A DNA stretch of 64,000 nucleotides from Bdellovibrionales bacterium. GTDB taxonomy: Bacteria > Bdellovibrionota > Bdellovibrionia > Bdellovibrionales > JAUICD01. This document shows, piece after piece, positions 60,532 through 64,000 of this stretch. The position numbers and the translations under genes were made by a program. Numbering within the stretch: the first letter of the stretch is position 1; each line of letters begins with the position of its first letter. A model generated the notes under the pieces. It made no database searches. It saw only the letters and a list, made by a program, of their open reading frames with translations, and was not told where the DNA came from. Location of the stretch: positions 1,600,001 to 1,664,000 of the forward strand of contig OZ241865.1 of the NCBI GenBank assembly GCA_965203275.1. The letters are read 5' to 3'.

Positions 60532-62523
60532 TTAGTTTTCATTATTTTCGTCATCATCGTCTTCTGTGTCATCTTGTATTTGAAAGAAGCTTTTGTTAAG
60601 TGTTTTATCTTCTTCACTGACTTGAAAGTCCTCATCTTCTATTTCTGAAAGATGAACATAAAGTTGATTTTTGTTAAGCAGTTCCATTAATAACTTTTTT
60701 TGTTCTTTTATGCCTTGCCCCTTCCCTACTTGAATAAAATCCTTTATAGCTTCTTCTGGCCTTTTATGATTGACATACCAGTTTAAAAAAGAGTTTTTAG
60801 AGATGTCTTTCCATAAACCTAAAAGTTCATCAGTAGACTTTGCGTCTTGAATTTTATCGATATAAGTTGCGTTGTACTTCATCAACTGGCAAGAAATAAA
60901 ATCACCTTTTTGGCTTTTTTTAATTGTGTGTAATACTCGTGGAATAGTGACAGTGTTGATGTAATCCATTTGTTCACAAAGAATAAACTTTCTATCCCCT
61001 TGATCTTCTAAATTAAGTTCTAAAACAGCTTCTGCTGTTGTACCAGAACCTGCAAAAAAATCCAAAATTATATCATTATGAGTTGTTGTGATTCGAATAA
61101 TATCTTTTATTAAATGTTTTGATTTTGGATAGCTGAAAATATTATTTTTATTAAATATTTCTTTTAAAATCTTTGTTCCATGAGATGAAGCATCGTAACG
61201 TGAATCCATCCAGATTGTCTTGGGCCTCTGACCTTCTTTTATTCTATCTTTTAATTGAACAATAAAATTATGAGATTTGTTTTTTTTAATTTTGATTTCA
61301 TTGTTTTTAACAGCTTCTTTAAACCTTTCCTGTGATTGTCGCCAGACCCTTTTATTTCCATCTGAATCTAATGGAATAATTTCTGTTGCTCCTTTGCTTT
61401 TTTTCAAACTAATATCACCTGTATTTTCATTATAAAAAATAGAATAAAATAAATTCGGTCGATCATCAGGTGTGGAATTTGAGCCACCCCTTCTAAAGGG
61501 AGACCACCTATAACTAGAAACTTCGTCTTTTTCCTTAAAAGAGTTTTTTTGATCTTCTGTTAAAGGTAAGGAATGTATGGAAGCTAGTTCTTTTTCTTTA
61601 GCATATACAAGAAAAAACTCAGAAGATGTAGCAAAAAACTTTGAATCACTCCTCCCACCCGGATTGGTTTGTACAGAAATAATACCAATTCTATTTTCTC
61701 TTGAAAAAATTTCATCTGCAAGGACACCAAGATATAAGAGTTCTTCATGATCTATTGCAATGACTATAATCCCATTATCAGAGAGCAGTTCCTTTGCAAT
61801 ATCTAATCTGTTTTTCATAAAAGTTAGCCAGTGGGAATGATTAAATTCATTATTATATAAAAATGTGTTAGCATCTCCTTTTGTATTAAAAGGTGGATCG
61901 ATATAAATAAGTTTTATCTTGTTGTGAAACTGACTTTTAAGTGTATGAAGTGTAGAAAGATTATTACCTTTGATTATCAAGTTTTCTGTGATGATCTCAT
62001 TGTCATCTCTTTGTATTTCTTTTACTTTTTTAGTAGCGGAAGGTGTATGTCTTTTCCAATAAGTTAAAACCTTAGGATCAAAAAATCTATTGATCTCGTC
62101 TTCTGCTAAAGTTTCATTAAAAAATATTTCTCTTTGATTTTTTGTGTCTTCTTTGGTCTGCCCTCCTTCTAAAACACAGTCTTTATAGGGCCAGACAAGT
62201 GATATATCTTTTGTTGCTTTAAAAGGTCTATCACCTAATTTGAGTCCGATTTTGTTTCTAAATCGAGTATAAGAGTTAGATAAAAAGTTTTTATCAGACA
62301 TATAATCAATAAAAGCATTGGTATTAAAAACCAAGCTATCAGATACTTTGTTGAAGAACTTAGACTTAACTTGATGATCTTGCAGTAAAAGTGCAATAAG
62401 TTGATGGTCCATTTTCCAAGCTTTATCTATAATAGCTTTTTGAAGTAAATGGTTATTTTTGTCTAATAAACGAGAATCTCTTTTGAGTAAACCTACAAGC
62501 CTATTGTGAAAATTTTGCTCCAT
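60532..62523 (-). CDS. mod: Type III RM adenine methyltransferase Mod subunit
   Basis: IYIDPPF followed by DFFAGSGTT (beta class); adjacent to res. Confidence 0.92.
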   Translation of the reverse strand: MEQNFHNRLVGLLKRDSRLLDKNNHLLQKAIIDKAWKMDHQLIALLLQDHQVKSKFFNKVSDSLVFNTNAFIDYMSDKNFLSNSYTRFRNKIGLKLGDRPFKATKDISLVWPYKDCVLEGGQTKEDTKNQREIFFNETLAEDEINRFFDPKVLTYWKRHTPSATKKVKEIQRDDNEIITENLIIKGNNLSTLHTLKSQFHNKIKLIYIDPPFNTKGDANTFLYNNEFNHSHWLTFMKNRLDIAKELLSDNGIIVIAIDHEELLYLGVLADEIFSRENRIGIISVQTNPGGRSDSKFFATSSEFFLVYAKEKELASIHSLPLTEDQKNSFKEKDEVSSYRWSPFRRGGSNSTPDDRPNLFYSIFYNENTGDISLKKSKGATEIIPLDSDGNKRVWRQSQERFKEAVKNNEIKIKKNKSHNFIVQLKDRIKEGQRPKTIWMDSRYDASSHGTKILKEIFNKNNIFSYPKSKHLIKDIIRITTTHNDIILDFFAGSGTTAEAVLELNLEDQGDRKFILCEQMDYINTVTIPRVLHTIKKSQKGDFISCQLMKYNATYIDKIQDAKSTDELLGLWKDISKNSFLNWYVNHKRPEEAIKDFIQVGKGQGIKEQKKLLMELLNKNQLYVHLSEIEDEDFQVSEEDKTLNKSFFQIQDDTEDDDDENNEN

Positions 62524-62611
62524 TAGGATACCTTATTTTATTCTTTTTAAAATTTCCACTTCTTAAATCTTTTTTAAGATAACTTTGTATATCCACCAGG
62601 TCAAACTTTTG

Positions 62612-63026
62612 GTTCACTAAAAGTGGTCTAGCCTCTGTTTCACTCAAAATAAATCATGCCTCTGGCATGTTTTCTGGCAGTTAGCCTTTGATCGACGGCG
62701 TGAGCCAAAAGGTGTAAGAAAGAACTTTTTCCTTAACATGGTGTTAAATGAGAAATGGATCCTCATTACTAAAAGTGGTCAGGCTTTCTAGGCAATGACC
62801 ATTTTATCGACGGCGAGAGCCGTCGTGGGCATCGCTCAGGGTGTAAGAAGGAACTTTTTCCTTAACATGTGGTCAAGAGACGAGGAGATCCTTCTTCCTA
62901 AAATTGAACAAGCTTTTGAGGTAGCTAGCCTTTGATCGACGACGAAAGTCGTCGGGCTGGCTACCCAAAAGTAGCCAGAGGCTAGTTCAATTTTAGGGAA
63001 ACCGAGGCTAGACCACTTTTAGTGAG
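62612..63026 (+). mobile_element. Family-A cluster: inverted right ends followed by a nested pair
   Basis: Outer stem 62768-62780/63011-63023; inner stem 62897-62909/62985-62997; heads at 62722 and 62851. Confidence 0.85.
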
Positions 63027-64000
63027 TTAGTGTAAAAGGTCTTCTGGTGTGGTTTTCAAAGACCGTGCTGTGCGTATTAAAGTGCTATATTTAATAAATG
63101 GACTCTGATATTGGCGATTAAAGCTTTTTTCAATATAAATAGGCAAAGGGTTACCATAAGCTTTTTGCATTTTTCTCTTAATGCGACGTCTCAGTCGATT
63201 TAAAAACTTCTTAATGCTGTCAGGATGTACCTTCTCTCTTTTTATTTGAAGAGGATTTATGAGAGATGTGATATCTTCATTGCCAACTATTTGTGAAATA
63301 GGTACTCCCACAATAACAGATAATTTAAAAAGGGTCACAAGGAAAATATCCGGTGTATTTTGCCAGCCAATTATCTTTTTTACAAATTTGCTGTGCAATT
63401 GTGCTGTATTTAGAATTTGAGGTATACGATTTTTAGTGAGGGCTTCTACTTTGTTTTTTAATAAAGTTTCTTTTTCTATAGTAGACTCTTTAACATTTTC
63501 AAAAATATCAAAATTAATTTTCTCAAATTGTTCTATGTCATTTTCTAAATTCTTTAAGAGGCTAGATACATCTACGTGTAACGCCTTAGTTAGTTTGAAA
63601 AAAAGATAATAGGAATTTATTGTGCCTGTCTCAAGCAGGTCTTTTAATTCAGCATGTCTGATACCAATGGCCCTAGATAATTGTTTCACAGATAAATCAG
63701 ATGAAATCATTTGTTGTTTCAAATAATAAACAAAAAGTCTTTTAGCTTTTTCTATATAGTCATTTGATAATTGCTTTGTTTTAAAACGATTGGCATGAAC
63801 TAAGCTTTCGATATCACTTTGACCAATAAGTTGCCACAATTTTATATCTAAAGCGTGTGCAATTTTTAGAAGTACTGTCAATGAAACATTTAAACTCAAA
63901 CCATGATTGGCACGATAAGATGGAATGACTTTGCGTATGGATTTTCTAATAGAAAACCCTTGATTTTGAAGTGATTCAAAGATATCATGTATGCGAGTTC
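63027..64000 (-). CDS. Protein with several XRE-like HTH repeats (5' end outside window)
   Basis: Repeated LLKIAHALDI / FKLTKALHV / LFKLSVIVGV / LIRTARSLKT; frame is open to the window edge. Confidence 0.65.
   Translation of the reverse strand, partial: TRIHDIFESLQNQGFSIRKSIRKVIPSYRANHGLSLNVSLTVLLKIAHALDIKLWQLIGQSDIESLVHANRFKTKQLSNDYIEKAKRLFVYYLKQQMISSDLSVKQLSRAIGIRHAELKDLLETGTINSYYLFFKLTKALHVDVSSLLKNLENDIEQFEKINFDIFENVKESTIEKETLLKNKVEALTKNRIPQILNTAQLHSKFVKKIIGWQNTPDIFLVTLFKLSVIVGVPISQIVGNEDITSLINPLQIKREKVHPDSIKKFLNRLRRRIKRKMQKAYGNPLPIYIEKSFNRQYQSPFIKYSTLIRTARSLKTTPEDLLH

Overview
AT-rich bacterial window; gene content (split atpB-atpE, PilB, DivIVA, long-form aromatic amino acid hydroxylase, FQNC-type lipoproteins) points to Bdellovibrionota, which is an inference. 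Housekeeping genes are interleaved with ankyrin/RCC1 proteins, a truncated type III RM locus and four paralogous small membrane-anchored coiled-coil genes (NH[I/L]PTQ family). The main signal is non-coding: a ~150-bp asymmetric element at 8 or more intergenic loci, made of a conserved head (GAAC-TTTTTCCTTAACATG...GATCCTC) and a three-way-junction fold whose four stems change sequence between copies yet stay paired around an invariant CC-AGA-GG loop. Copies are nested inside one another, with junctions recurring at CAGAGG, and sit beside two further repeat families. No transposase, integrase, RT or cas gene is in the window. Also seen: a C18 tract splitting a secreted EEP hydrolase, ruvA broken by a 22-bp self-templated insertion, a 1664-aa double-AAA+/M41 peptidase fusion and a half-length GlmU.
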